A stretch of DNA of 64,000 bases from Octopus vulgaris (taxonomy: Eukaryota). Location: the NCBI GenBank assembly GCA_951406725.2, contig OX597825.1:31186001-31250000 (forward strand), written 5' to 3'. The notes under the pieces are model-generated. The model was not told where the DNA came from, searched no databases, and worked only from the letters and a program-made list of their open reading frames with translations. This document shows, in pieces, positions 1 to 13,024 of the stretch (its first letter is position 1; every line of letters starts with the position of its first letter). Position numbers and translations under genes: made by a program.

Positions 1-179
1 AAGAAGCCATAATACCTTGCTATATAATAGCATAACAGAAATTTATGAAAAATCCCACAACAATGTATAAAACAGTGTTGATATACACAAGCAAAACCAA
101 CAACTGTACTCAGCACGCACAACATAGCCAACTAAAATGCATACAATACTCTCAAAGAGTCTGTTCTTCCTAAGTAGTG

Positions 180-323
180 ACACAGGCGTGATTGTGTGGT
201 TAAGAAGTTCACTTTAAAATCATGTGGTTGCAGGTTCAGTCCCACTGCATGGCACCTCAGGCAAGTGCTTTGTACTATAGCCTCAAGCACACTGACAACC
301 AATGGTGTGTGTGTGTGTATGTA

Positions 324-379
<56 letters not shown>

Positions 380-846
380 TGTGTGTGTACGTGTGTGTGT
401 GTGTGTTTATGTGTGTGTTTGTCCCCCAACACTGCTTGTTAACCAGTGCTGCTTTGTTCTTGTCCTGGTAACTTAGTGGTTTCACAAAAGAAACCGATAG
501 AATAAATACCAGATTTTAAAATAAGCAGTGGTGTTGATTTGTTTGATTAACCCTTTCGTTACCAACCCGGCTAAAACCGGCTCTGGCTCTGTAGTACAAA
601 TGTCTTGTTTTCATAAGTTTCGAATTAAAATCTTCCACCAAACCTTAGTCCCAATTTATATTCTTAACACTAACTTAATGATAACTAAGTTATTTATTTT
701 ACTAAATTCTTCAAATTCTTTAAAATAATTGAAAGAAACACAGAACATCTCAAAATAAATACAGTAATGAAAGGGTTAAACACTTCAAGACTATGCCCCA
801 GCATGGCCACAGTCAAATGAGAGAAACAAGTAAACGACAAAAGATA
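180..846 (+). mobile_element. tRNA-derived CORE-type SINE (family A), split by a TTAA MITE
   Basis: Head with A/B-box-like GTGTGGTTAAG...GGTTCAGTCCC, CACCTCAGGCAAGT core motif, central (TG)n and 3' GAAACAAGTAAA tail. Matches copies at 38308, 55668 and 61561. Confidence 0.85.
547..779. mobile_element. piggyBac-type MITE family A (TTAA TSD)
   Basis: TTAA|CCCTTTCGTTAC ... GTAATGAAAGGG|TTAA inverted termini. SINE sequence resumes on both sides. Confidence 0.9.
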
Positions 847-1634
847 ATTACCATAAGCTTTTACAGGGACAGTGGCCTAATGATCTCAATTTGCTGAAGG
901 AAACAAACTGCACCCCCTTTCGTAAAAACTCAACCTGGAGATAACAGTAGCAACAAATCTGGTATTTGTCAAATGCTTGGATACAGGAATGAATCAAATC
1001 CCAGTTTGCTATGAATACTGTATAAAATAAAACAACCAATCTTTGTCTATGCTTTCAGGATCCCATTAATTATCCAAATGTTCATAGCAATAAGGAACTA
1101 CATAAACAGCTTCTCTTCTGGTGACTTTCAGAGGGCCAAGGATAGCACTCACAAACATTAGGGTTCATAACAAAACCACATCACATAAAGCAACCATGGA
1201 AATGAAAATGGAAAACAAATTTGGTATAAATGTTGATATAAAACCTTGTGCGATGAAGGTGAAGAATTAGGCAAAATATGCAAAATGATATTCGTAAATG
1301 AAAACAGAGAGAAACAAGATTTTATTAGAAAATGAAAGACTGTAAAAATTGTTAAAAGAGTATATATTTCAGGGAAAGTTCCCCCTTTTGACAAAAATAT
1401 TATAACAAAATATTATACAGGCTTTAAACAACCTACCTAAAGAGAAAATAATTTTCAATAGGAGATAAGTATGATCTGGTTCAACCTACTTTTCATCGAG
1501 AACACACACACACACACATAGATGTACATACACACACATACATATACATATATGTACAGAGATAGAGAGAGGGAGAGAAAGAAGGAGATTTAAATAGATG
1601 TAAATATAGATGCACACATGTAAATATATATCTA

Positions 1635-1900
1635 TCATCATCATCATCATCATCATCATTTAGCGTCCGCTTTCCATGCTAGCATGGGTTGGACGGTTCA
1701 ACTGGGGTCTGTGAAGCCAGAAGGCTGCATCAGGCCCAGTCTGATCTGGCAGTGTTTCTACGGCTGGATGCCCTTCCTAACGCCAACCACAGGTGCCAAA
1801 CGGAGCTGGCAAACGGCCACGAACGGATGGTGCTTTTACGTGCCACCGGCACGGGGGCCAGGCGAGGCTGGCAACGGACATGAACGGATGGTGCTTTTAA
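1635..1900 (-). mobile_element. RTE LINE 3' end with (ATG)n tail
   Basis: (CAT)n-TTAGCGTCCGCTTTCCATGCTAGCATGGG...GGATGCCCTTCCTAACGCC. A related tail follows RTE ORF sequence at 31752-32470. Confidence 0.8.
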
Positions 1901-1934
1901 GCATAAATATGTAAATATGCATATATATACATAC

Positions 1935-1979
<45 letters not shown>

Positions 1980-2106
1980 CATATTTCTGAGTACCTCATT
2001 TCTTCTAATACGTATATATATATATATATATATGTAACATTTAACATCCTACTACTATCATGGCACTCCCGCATTCTTCTTCTCCTCCTCCTTCCCCTCC
2101 TTCTTC

Positions 2107-2147
2107 TTTCAGTTGAAAAGTCTCAATGATTGAAACTGGTACTGAAA
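2107..2147 (+). ncRNA. Minimal type-I hammerhead-like motif (U3/A8 variant) in a TA-flanked short element (about 2036-2190)
   Basis: TTTCAG|TTGAAAA|GTCTCAATGATT|GAAA|CTGG|TA|CTGAAA. Perfect 6-bp stem I; stem III ACTGGT (ACCGGT palindrome after CpG restoration); GUA triplet. Confidence 0.65.
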
Positions 2148-2185
2148 TGTTTTTTATAAAATTATTTTAGCATATTCTACCTTGA

Positions 2186-2223
<38 letters not shown>

Positions 2224-2599
2224 AGAATGTATGTATGTATGTATATATGTATGTATGTATGTATGTATACGTGGATGGATGGATGGATGGATGGATGCAT
2301 GCATGCATGCATGTATTAACATATTTATGCTTATACATATATTTCTGTATTTTATTTATATTTTACCTAGAAATGTCTAAAGTTGCTAGCCACTCTATTA
2401 TTAACATTATCACTAATAATGTTAGTGAGATTTAAATTTAAATTTATATATATATATATATATGCAATACACATATATAAATGTGTGTTGTGTGTGTATG
2501 TTTGTGGATACTGTTGGTTGGTATCTCAACTGGAACTTAATATGATTTTGAAGAGATCTGCAGACTATTCTTAATACATAAAGCTACAACAAAACAACT

Positions 2600-2638
2600 A
2601 CATTTGATAAAATTATGAGGTTGAAACAGCTGTAATGT
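2600..2638 (+). ncRNA. Minimal type-I hammerhead-like motif (U3/A8 variant)
   Basis: ACAT|TTGATAA|AATT-ATGA-GGTT|GAAA|CAGCTG|TA|ATGT. Palindromic ACAGCTGT stem III; AATAAA at 2645-2650. Confidence 0.6.
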
Positions 2639-3115
2639 GCTCTGAATAAAAAATATAATTAATTATTATGCATTGAGCACTATTCTGAAAGAAATCTACT
2701 GTGTGTCTGGCATTAATGATGGTCATTCACACACACATGTACATTATATATATTTTAATTGCTAAGAATTTTATGTAAATAATATGCAATGTGTATGTTG
2801 TTCAAGCATTGCCATAAGTTTGTATCTTCTCTTTATTTTCTTTCTCCTTTTTCCTGGTTCAATCTGTTGCTTATTGTCTCTAAGATCATTTACCTTTAAA
2901 ATGTAGCTATTAATTTATAATTTCTTTATATTCACAGTTCATTTACCACCACAAATCTCAAACTTATACAGGAAAGACAGCTTGCTATGTCTGACATTCC
3001 TAAAGTAACTTATCCAGTAAATGCTAAGTAGCTGGCCAATTCTCTGAGAAACAAGAGACAAACTTGTGATATAATAGTAGAGTTGAAACAAAAGATAATA
3101 AAGCATTCATAGAAT

Positions 3116-3406
3116 TTAACACATAAAGCACAACGGGCCATGATCATGGCTGTCAGGCACAGGTCGACAGGCCACGATCATGGCCCAGATAGATGCATTT
3201 AATTTATGGGCATTTCTTGGAGTCTAATGTCACTAATAGTTCAACTAACGACTTTTCAGATAATGTAAAACTTGTCATCATTATATACTAAGAAGATATT
3301 TTAACTAAATTTCTTTTTTTTATGTCTGCTTGGTAATCTCATTTTCATAAAATCTGCTCAGCGCTCCATGCTATGTAAGTGCAAATCCCAGCACTTCATG
3401 GGTTAA
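3116..3406. mobile_element. piggyBac-type MITE (third family) with internal GC-rich hairpin
   Basis: TTAA|CACATAAAG ... CTTCATGGG|TTAA; inverted repeat at 3135-3186. Confidence 0.6.
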
Positions 3407-3801
3407 TTTAAGACGCACAAATGGCATTCACTTTGCAGTCTAATTGACAACATAGATTCCCAGCAAGTGATACTTATGTGCTTTCAATCCCATTTAAATG
3501 AGCTTTTTCCTCTCTCAGATACATGCTTATGATATTATATTTTGTCATTCATACTTAAATTTTACTAGTTAATTTATAATATCAAATAATATTTTATAAA
3601 GCAATGCTTTCAATGTGATTTTCATTTTCACTACCAAGTGTCCTGTATGTTATAATTTTTAGATTCTTTTTGGTTATTTTCTGTTTTTCTGTTTTCTTTT
3701 TACTTTACACCTTCTAATTCCTTATGTCCATATACAGAGTGGGGGTAAGTGAGAGGTCACAGTGATCAACTGAAGTAACTATTTCATCTCTCTTTCTTTG
3801 C

Positions 3802-3837
<36 letters not shown>

Positions 3838-4960
3838 CACACTCACTCACACACACACACACACACATACACACTTTGTCCATTGTGATGAGGTGATACA
3901 ATTGAAAATGATGATGATTGTTAAACTTTAATCTAGAAACTTCTGTTTCAAAGAATTAACTTTCCAAAGAAGTCGAATGTGAACAAACAAAAAACAAAAA
4001 GTATAATAAAAAAAAAACGAAGGAAACTTGAAAAGAAATAAAATTTCTATAGGAAATATGTTTGAAGCTACCAAAAGCCAAAGTCATTCAAACTTCTGAA
4101 AGAAAAATTAAATAGCATCTTTTTGTTATACTTTATTTTGTTCAATCTTGCCTTTTGTCAATATTCCTTTGTTTTTTGTTTGTTATTTTTTCATCTTTTT
4201 TTCTTTCACACCTCTTCAATAGTTTAAATGAAGGATTAGATACCACAACATCCTACCAACAAACCAACAAACCCATGACAAAAAAAAAATAACAAAAACA
4301 CTTAAAACAAAATGAAATGGAATTCATTACACTATTTTTGTTTGTTTTGTTTTGTTTTTTTCAGTGAAGTTCTTGACTGGAAATAGCTTAATTTTGGTCT
4401 AAGCTTCACCTGCGACTCACAGGAAGGATATTCTTGTATAAGAAGCAGGTGATACAATTTGGAATGAAGAACGAAGAAAGAAAGAAAAAACAAAGGAAAT
4501 GAAGAATGGAAAGAAGTTTTACAAAAGGAGTTTTTAGAAAAGGAGCGAAAAATTTATGATGATAACAAAAATAATTATTTTATTTGCTAATTTAGTTTTG
4601 TTTCAGCAACAGCAATAGCAGTAACGAAGAATAAAAAAGTATATAATTCTAAGAAGGGGGGGAAAAAAGGACCAAAACAAACAATGAAAGAAGTAAATTG
4701 CAAGAAAAAAAAACTATACATAAAAAAAAACAAGAATGAAAATATATAAATAAATGGAAATTTATAAATGAGACAATGAATGAAGAATTATAATTAATAA
4801 CTCAATAAATATATATAACTGAAAGGGATGGTGATGGTGGTGGTGGTTTTGGTGATGGTGGTGGTGGTGGTTTTGGTGATGGTGGTGGTGACGATGACAA
4901 TGATGGCAGAAATAATGATGTCGATGATGATGATGAAAAGATAATAATAATTCTTTTATT

Positions 4961-5251
<291 letters not shown>

Positions 5252-6078
5252 ACTGACAAAACATTACAATTCATGTAGAAGATGGAAATGAGTTTGGTGA
5301 ACTTTGAAAGAAGACGAATGGAAGAATGATATAAATGGAGTAAGAAACACGAGGAACAATGGTTTGAATTTATATGTAGGAGGAGAGCAGAGAGTGCCGC
5401 TTGTGAAGGCAGTACCCATGACCCTTTTTAGAAGGTTTCCTAGATATACAGGGAGTGATTGGTGATATTCTCAAACCTGAAATCAGGCACAAAAACTTGC
5501 GACAGTGAGGATTTGGCTAAATGTAAAGCAAAGAACTAGATGATGGCTTTAAGCTGGGTGACAGATGAAACCTCCCCACCACACACACACACACACACAC
5601 ACCACCAACACCATCCAACCCCAAATAGGTCATGACAAAATTTGAACACAGAACAAATACTGCACAAGGCCTGTGGTCCAAAACCCATACAGTTCCAACA
5701 ATGATTTCCCCTTAGTTACATTTATTATCAACCATAAAAGGATGTAAGCTAAGTTTGACCTCAGTGCCATGTATCAGAGCAAATAGAGCAAGGCCCTAAT
5801 GACTCTGTCAGTCTGTGATAAGTAGGTACTGGAGTATCGGATAAGAAGAAGTGAAGGCACCTGTACGCACCATGTTTTTGTTAATTGTTTTAAGCTGTCT
5901 AGGTACCTAGAGTCATGGGTAGACATAGAGACCCTCTTCAGAGTTTTACCCTTTGACCCAGTGAACACACTAAGGATGTGAAAGCTGGAGAGAGAGGAAG
6001 AGAGAGACAGAAGAGAAAGAGAGAGAAAGAGCTGTGCCAACACATGACAAACACTCATGTTTAACACATCTACTTAGT

Positions 6079-6530
6079 CTAACCCTTTCATGTTCAGATT
6101 ACTTTGTCTAATGTTATGCTAATTTATTCGCATTGTTTTCAATTAATCCTGAGTTATCTCATCACCTTGAGATTTTGACAATGTGATAGTTTATTTTTAC
6201 AATAAATCTGTACAGTAGATCTGAAAGGCTGGGCCTGGCCACTTTAACCCTTTAGTGTTTAAACCGGCCATACCAGGCCAAAATTGTCTTCCTGTTATAT
6301 GCTCAAACCAGCCAGCTCTGACTTCTCACACCTACCCTACAAAGTCATTCTAAAAATAAACAGGGACATCATCAATATCCCAGAGTTACAAGATGCTGTA
6401 CAATTCATTTAAAACAATGTGATTAAACAGGCTTTACATTTGACAGAGTAATCTGAATACTAAAGGGTTAAACATAAAATAGGTGGAAAATTTCAGCTGG
6501 ATATGGTCAGTTTAAATGTTAAATGGTCAA
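6079..6530 (-). mobile_element. piggyBac-type MITE family B (outer copy)
   Basis: Reverse-orientation copy of family B, interrupted at a TTAA (6244) by a second copy. Confidence 0.75.
6244..6471 (+). mobile_element. piggyBac-type MITE family B (inner copy)
   Basis: TTAA|CCCTTTAGT ... ACTAAAGGG|TTAA. Confidence 0.9.
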
Positions 6531-7648
6531 TGATAGCTAGTAGTTGTGTGTATTTTGTCAAGACAGAATTGTAATTTAATTTGTGATGTTGTTAAGTACA
6601 ACCTAATTACGAGAAGAAGACAAAATGAACTTATTAAAACTATAAAAGCAAATCAGTATCTATTACGAAAAATATGTTTTTGACTGTTGGGTGAATTTAA
6701 ATTAAGTAAAATTACATTCCATAGAATAAACAAAATAAAATATGCCATATGTATTTACTCATACACACACTCTTTGATCATCAGAAGAATTTATATTATG
6801 CAAAATTACATAACTTAAAAATCAATAAATGAAAAAAATAATAGTTATTAAAATGTTCCAAGTGTACATACTCACTCATACACAGGCATACACAGCCAAA
6901 CAGACATACATACATGCATTGCATAAATACTTATAAATACATACACACATGCACATACATATATACACCCATATATATATGCATGCATGCACACTCACAT
7001 GTATACATACATTTATACACATGCTCATAAGTATGCACACACTCACATTACTAATCATGGTGTGGACAGGGGAGAAGAGGAATATGAACTTATTGAATGT
7101 AAACTTATTTAATGACAGATTTAATGAACTATGTTAATGTAGAAACCATCAAAACTGCCCAATGAATTACAAATGCTGAACAAAAAATGTAATTTACAAA
7201 TGCTCTGCAAAAAACACATGTATAATCATATTATATAGGCACTTCCACAGCATAATTTAAGTCTAGTTTCTATAGTCTTAAGTCTTCATTTAAATAGCGA
7301 AGAAAAGAAAGTGTCACATTATAAAGCAAGTTTATTTCGAATCTCAAAGAGAATACTGTTATATATTGTATTGAATGGTCAGTAATAAGTAGTGCCCCAC
7401 CATATAATGGAGAGGATGTTGGATGAAATTTATGGCTCAAGAAGATGCTGTAAATCCTTAAATGAAGCTCTAACCTAATAAATAACTGTAATGAATTAAT
7501 GTTACAGTGTTCAAATTTAAATGGAAGAACTTTCTAGGTTTTCTCAAAAATGTATGCTACTTATTAGTGTATTCTAATACATAAATATATTAATTTTATT
7601 TTCTTAGTCCTCGATTGTAGCATATACTTCTTTATAGGGATTAACAAA

Positions 7649-8035
7649 TCTCTCTATATATAAAGCTGAAGTTTTCTGTGTATAGCAGGTTTGGTAGCCT
7701 TCAACTAACACTATCTCCTCGAGACCCTGCAGCGCAAGTTGACCAAAATTGAGAGTATGATAGAAGGCTTGCTCTTCCTTCCGTAGAAGAAAAAATTCAA
7801 ATCGGGCCATGTTAACACCAAAAGTTATTTACATCAAAAAGGTGCTTTTTTTCTATGAAAATCCCTATTTTTTACAATTTTTGACTGCTGTGTCACCATT
7901 TTTCGGTGTATTTCAACCAGAAAAATGTTCACTGAAAGAGAAAAACAAGTTGCATAATGCAAAATTTTTACTTTTCAAAAATTCCAATTCTAAAGGGTCA
8001 AAACAAACCCGAGCAATGCCGGGTGATACTGCTAT
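7649..8035 (+). mobile_element. Non-autonomous Helitron
   Basis: A|TCTCTCTATATATAAAGCTG 5' end; 3' hairpin CCCGAGCAATGCCGGG (8008-8023) followed by CTAT|T (variant of CTAG); inserted between A and T with no TSD. Confidence 0.8.
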
Positions 8036-9097
8036 TATAATAATATATTAAATTATCAACAAACTGACAGATATTAGAATTAATTCTTTCATCACTGTAT
8101 CATATTCTAATGATTTCCATTCCCTCAGTTTGTTTTATCCTTTAGTTAAGTTAGATTTTTGATACTCCTCTCAACAAAAAATGTTCAAAATTTAGAGTAA
8201 ATCCATATTATGATTTGTAATGTGAGTGTAAGTATATTTATGAGTATGAATATGAATGTATGCACATATGTAAGTATGCGTATGACTGTATGCACAAACA
8301 CAAACATGTGTTTATTGAATATATGTATGTATGTGGGTGTGTATATATATGTATATGTGTATGTGCATAGATGTGTATGCATTTATACAATGCATGTATG
8401 TGAGTGTGTATATTTGGAATTTTTTCGTTTCAATTACTTTTTTTATTTATTGATTCTACTAATGTAATTAATGTAAATTCCTCTAATGATAAAAGTGTGT
8501 GTGTGAGCATGTATGTGTGTGTGTGTGTATGTGTGTGTGTGTGTACATGACTACATACACAATATTTTATTTATTTCATGAAAGTTATTTCACTCAATAT
8601 AAATTCTTCCAACAGTCAAAAGCAAATTTTTCTTGATAGACACAGATTTTCTTCTATACTTCAAATAAATTTATTTTGTCTTCTTTTATTAATTAGGCTG
8701 TACTTAATGGCATCACAGATTAAATTACAATTCTATCATGACAAGATACATACAACCACTAGCTGCCATTACACCAAGCAGATTTGATAAACATGCTTCT
8801 CCTTGCCCATGACATGGACACTGGTCAATGAAACAGAAGTTACTGGCCTGGCGTTTATTGCTGTAAAACCCTCCCACATTATCCCAATGTATGCTAAACA
8901 TAGGAGAAGCATTCTGGGTTTGAAAAGAAAAGCATGGCACCTGACTACTCTTCTTTTATAGCATTTTAGTTGATGAAATGAAGGATCAATTAAATATGCA
9001 TATGGCAATGTATAGATGGTGCTTGGGCTTTGCCAAGGTATTTGAAATGCATGTAAGCTAAATAAATCATAGATAATACAGCTTCATTCTTTAAGTT

Positions 9098-9435
9098 CAT
9101 CATCATCATCATCGTTTAACGTCCGTTTTCCATGCTAGCATGGGTTGGATGGTTCAACCAGGGTCTGGGAAGCCAGGAAGTTGCAATAGGCTCCAGTATG
9201 ATCTGGCGGTGTTTCTACAACTGGATGTCCTTCCTAATGCCAACCACTCCGTGAGTGTAGTGGGTAGTGGCTGCTTTTTACTTGCCACTGGCACAGGGGC
9301 CAGGGGAGGCTGGCAACTGTTTGGGAGTGGCACTTCACACATCTCTCCTCGTCCATCTGTAGTACAAGACCATACCAATGCAAATGTCTCTCCTGCACAC
9401 CACTTCCGATGCTTCTTATGTCCCACATTTACACA
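9098..9435 (-). mobile_element. RTE LINE 3' fragment (tail plus deleted ORF end)
   Basis: (CAT)n tail; the minus strand reads IRSIGSGVQERHLHWYGLVLQMDEERCVKC, an RTE C-terminal R-L-x-W-Y-G-H-like motif. Confidence 0.8.
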
Positions 9436-9490
9436 TACCATCATCATCATATTCATCGTTTAACATCCGCTTTCCATGCTAGCATGGTAG

Positions 9491-9549
<59 letters not shown>

Positions 9550-9904
9550 GCATGGTGAAGAAAGCACAATTGTGTGGATGCAAACTCTATTAAAATTCTC
9601 AATGATAAAAGAGGGGTGAATTTTACCTAATATTTTGGAGTAGGTTCATTAAAGGGGAAACAGTAACAACTGTGCTGATACATTCTGTATTTCAGTAGGG
9701 TAAGTGCTGTTTTCTAAAAGCCAGTGGGTGAAGGTGTGATAAATAGTGAAATTTGGGGGAGAAAATAAATATTGTCTAGAATTTCAGTTGTTATTTCTAG
9801 TATGTAGATAAATCATACTGAGCCTGCCCTCATTTCATCTATGGGCTCAAAAGGTATCCACACACAAACATACACACACATATATAGTTTTATATAGAAA
9901 TCAT

Positions 9905-10225
9905 AATCATCATCATCATCACCATCGTTTAGCATCCGCTTTCCATGCTGGCATGGGTTGGACGGTGCAACTGGGGTCTGGGAAGCCAGAAGGCTGCACT
10001 AGGCCCAGTCTGATCTGGCAACGTTTCTACGGGTGGATGCCCTTCCTAACGCCAACCACTCCATGAGTGTAGTAGGTGCTTTGTACGTGCCGCCGGCACA
10101 GGTGCCAGCCGAGGCTGGCAAACGGCCACGGTCGGATGGTGCTTTTTACATGCCACCAGCACAGAGGCCAGGTGAGGCTGGCAACGGCCATGATTGGATG
10201 GTGCTTTTTACGTGCCACCAGCACA
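9905..10225 (-). mobile_element. RTE LINE 3' end
   Basis: Same tail and internal modules as the 1635 copy. Confidence 0.8.
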
Positions 10226-10274
10226 TAAATAGACATGTAAATAAACAGACACGCAGATAGATAAACATACATAA

Positions 10275-10480
10275 TCCTTCCTACTGTAGGTACAAAGCCT
10301 GAAATTTTGTGGATGGAGCTAGTTGACTGTATCAGCCCCAGTACTAAGCTGGTATTTAGTTCACTGATCCTGAAAGCCAACATCGACAGCATTTGAACCA
10401 AGAATGTAAAGATGTACAAAATGCCACTAATGAGCATTTTGCCATGCATGCTGATGATTCTGCCAGTTCCCCACCTTGGT
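10275..10480 (-). mobile_element. SINE family B (AAGGCGGCGAGCTGGCAG head), diverged
   Basis: Similarity to the clean copy at 31262-31495. Confidence 0.65.
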
Positions 10481-10994
10481 TCATATACATAATGGTGTGT
10501 GTGTGTGTGTGCATGTCTCTTTGTGTGTGTGTGTAGATAGTGATATATGTAGTTATATATATATATATTTAGCAGGAAAAATGCAGGTGCAGGAGTGATG
10601 CTATACTTAATTAACTAAACCTGTTAAAGTTACAGAACAAGAAGTGAAAACTTACAAACATTGTAGCTGAAGTTGAAATTTGAATTTAAACAATATGCCT
10701 TTTGGGTGAGTTTCATGGAAAAAAAAAAGTAGTGAAAAGATTAAAGTGAAGATTTGTGTGCACTTGAGCAACATGCTGGTAATGAGATTAAATTTGAAGG
10801 GCTATTTTGTTTCCCCACTAAAGCCCCCTTTCATGTTCATGTCTAATTGAGCTTCTACCCAATTGTATGAGGATGTTAAATTAAATACTGCACACTTTGA
10901 GGAAAGGGAGTTTGTTCATCAAATTTGTTGTATCCTGGATGTGAACGGAATTCTAATTAGTTAAGAAAGGAGCTAAGCGGTAGGGAATGTTTGC

Positions 10995-11345
10995 TGATCT
11001 CCTAGTGGATGGAACTCGTGGAAGAGGGAGACCCAGGAAGACACAGGATGCAGTACCTAAATATGACATCAGGACAAGATGACAAAGAACTGAGATACAT
11101 GGTACCTTGCTGTACAGTAACGCATATGAGCACCAATATATATGTAGCATGTACAAAGCACCCAGCACACTCAGTGAAGTCGATAGTATTAGGAAGGGTA
11201 TCCAGTCGTAGAAACCATGCGAGAAGAGACAATTCAGGCCTGAACAGCTTTCCAGCCAGCCAGCCAGCCAGCTCTTGTGAAACTGTCCAGCTCGTGCAAG
11301 CATGGAAAATGGACATTAAATGATGATGAGGATGATGATGATGAT
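10995..11345 (+). mobile_element. RTE LINE 3' fragment
   Basis: GGAACTCGTGGAAGAGGGAGACCCAGGAAGACA (GTRGRGRPRKT), then TAGGAAGGGTATCCAG and an (ATG)n tail. Confidence 0.8.
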
Positions 11346-11358
11346 ATCTATCTATCAT

Positions 11359-11428
<70 letters not shown>

Positions 11429-11616
11429 ACTCTATATTTTCGTTGTTTAAGAAAAATGTCCATTTCCTCAGTTTTGTGTTTATGTTTTCGTTTCTCATTG
11501 TGTTCGACGTTTTTTTGGTGTCCTGTACCCATATATGCATGTATATATACATGTAGAGGTAGGTACGTACATATATGTATGTATATATGCATATGTTTTA
11601 TTTATTTATTTATTTA

Positions 11617-12266
11617 TCATCATCATCATCATCATCATCGTTTAGCGTCCGTTTTCCATGCTAGCATGGGTTGGACGGTTCTACTGGGGTCTGTGAAGCC
11701 AGAAGGCTTCATCAGGCCCAGTCAAATCTGGCAGTGTTTGTACGGCTGGATGCCCTTCCTAACGCCAACCACTCCGTGAGTGTAGTGGGTGCTTTTTACG
11801 TGCCACCCGCACTGGTGCCAGACAGAGCTGGCAAACGGCCACGAACGGATGGTGCTTTTTATGTGCCACCGGCACGAGGGCTAGGCGAGGCTGGCAACGG
11901 ACACGAAACGGGGCGGTGCTGGCAACGGTCGCGAAACGGAAAGTTCTCTTACATGCCACCGGCACTGGTAACACATCTGCAATTTCCATTGATCGATTTC
12001 CATTGATCGATTTCGATTCTGATCCTCACTTGCCTCAACGGGTCTTCACAAGCAGAGTTTTGACATGCCACCGGCACTGGTAGCACATCTGCAATTTCCA
12101 TTGATCGATTTCGATTCTGATCCTCACTTGCCTCAACACGTCTTTACAAGTAGAGTTTTGTGTCCCAAGAAGGGAAGGTATGCATACGTAGGCTGGCTCC
12201 ATCCCATGTAGAAGGCCACGGGTTATGGACTCACTTGTCCTGCCGGGTCTTCTCGCGCACAGCACA

Positions 12267-12268
<2 letters not shown>
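11617..12268 (-). mobile_element. RTE LINE full 3' UTR plus ORF end, with internal tandem duplication of about 110 bp
   Basis: (CAT)n tail; ORF ends [10 protein letters not shown] on the minus strand; ACATGCCACCGGCACTGGTA...AGAGTTTTG duplicated at about 11951 and 12063. Confidence 0.85.
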
Positions 12269-12319
<51 letters not shown>

Positions 12320-12339
12320 ACATATATATATATACATAG

Positions 12340-12628
<289 letters not shown>

Positions 12629-12637
12629 TTTACTATC

Positions 12638-12673
<36 letters not shown>

Positions 12674-12685
12674 CTCTCTCTATAC

Positions 12686-12760
<75 letters not shown>

Positions 12761-12762
<2 letters not shown>

Positions 12763-13024
12763 GTAATCTCACCATATCACAATTTGCCTATAGCGGTTCA
12801 CCTATCGAGGTTCACCTATTGTGAGTTCACCTATTGTGGCTTATTATTTAAGCTTACATTGATTCCTCCATGGTGTTGTTTTGCATTTATAATGAAATAA
12901 ATGTATATAAGATATAAAAATGATTTTAAAAATATATACTGCATAGTATTGTTTCTACTTCTTGGATTTTCACCTATCGTGGGGGTTTTGGAGCGTAGCA
13001 TTCGCGATAGTCGAGAGATTACTG
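12761..13024. mobile_element. Tigger/pogo-type MITE
   Basis: CAGTAATCTC ... GAGATTACTG termini in a TA-rich context; internal TTCACCTAT repeats. Confidence 0.75.

Noticed and set aside
860-1460. A-rich, coding-like stretch (ELGKICKMIF...RVYISGKVP)
   Set aside because: Stops interrupt the frames I read and no recognisable motif was found; possibly an old TE ORF but not assignable.
4330-4455. Strong polypyrimidine-CAG acceptor at 4364 and possible donor near 4449; also a minus-strand GTGAGT near 4415-4420
   Set aside because: All three plus frames hit stops; no partner exons found. A non-coding exon cannot be excluded.
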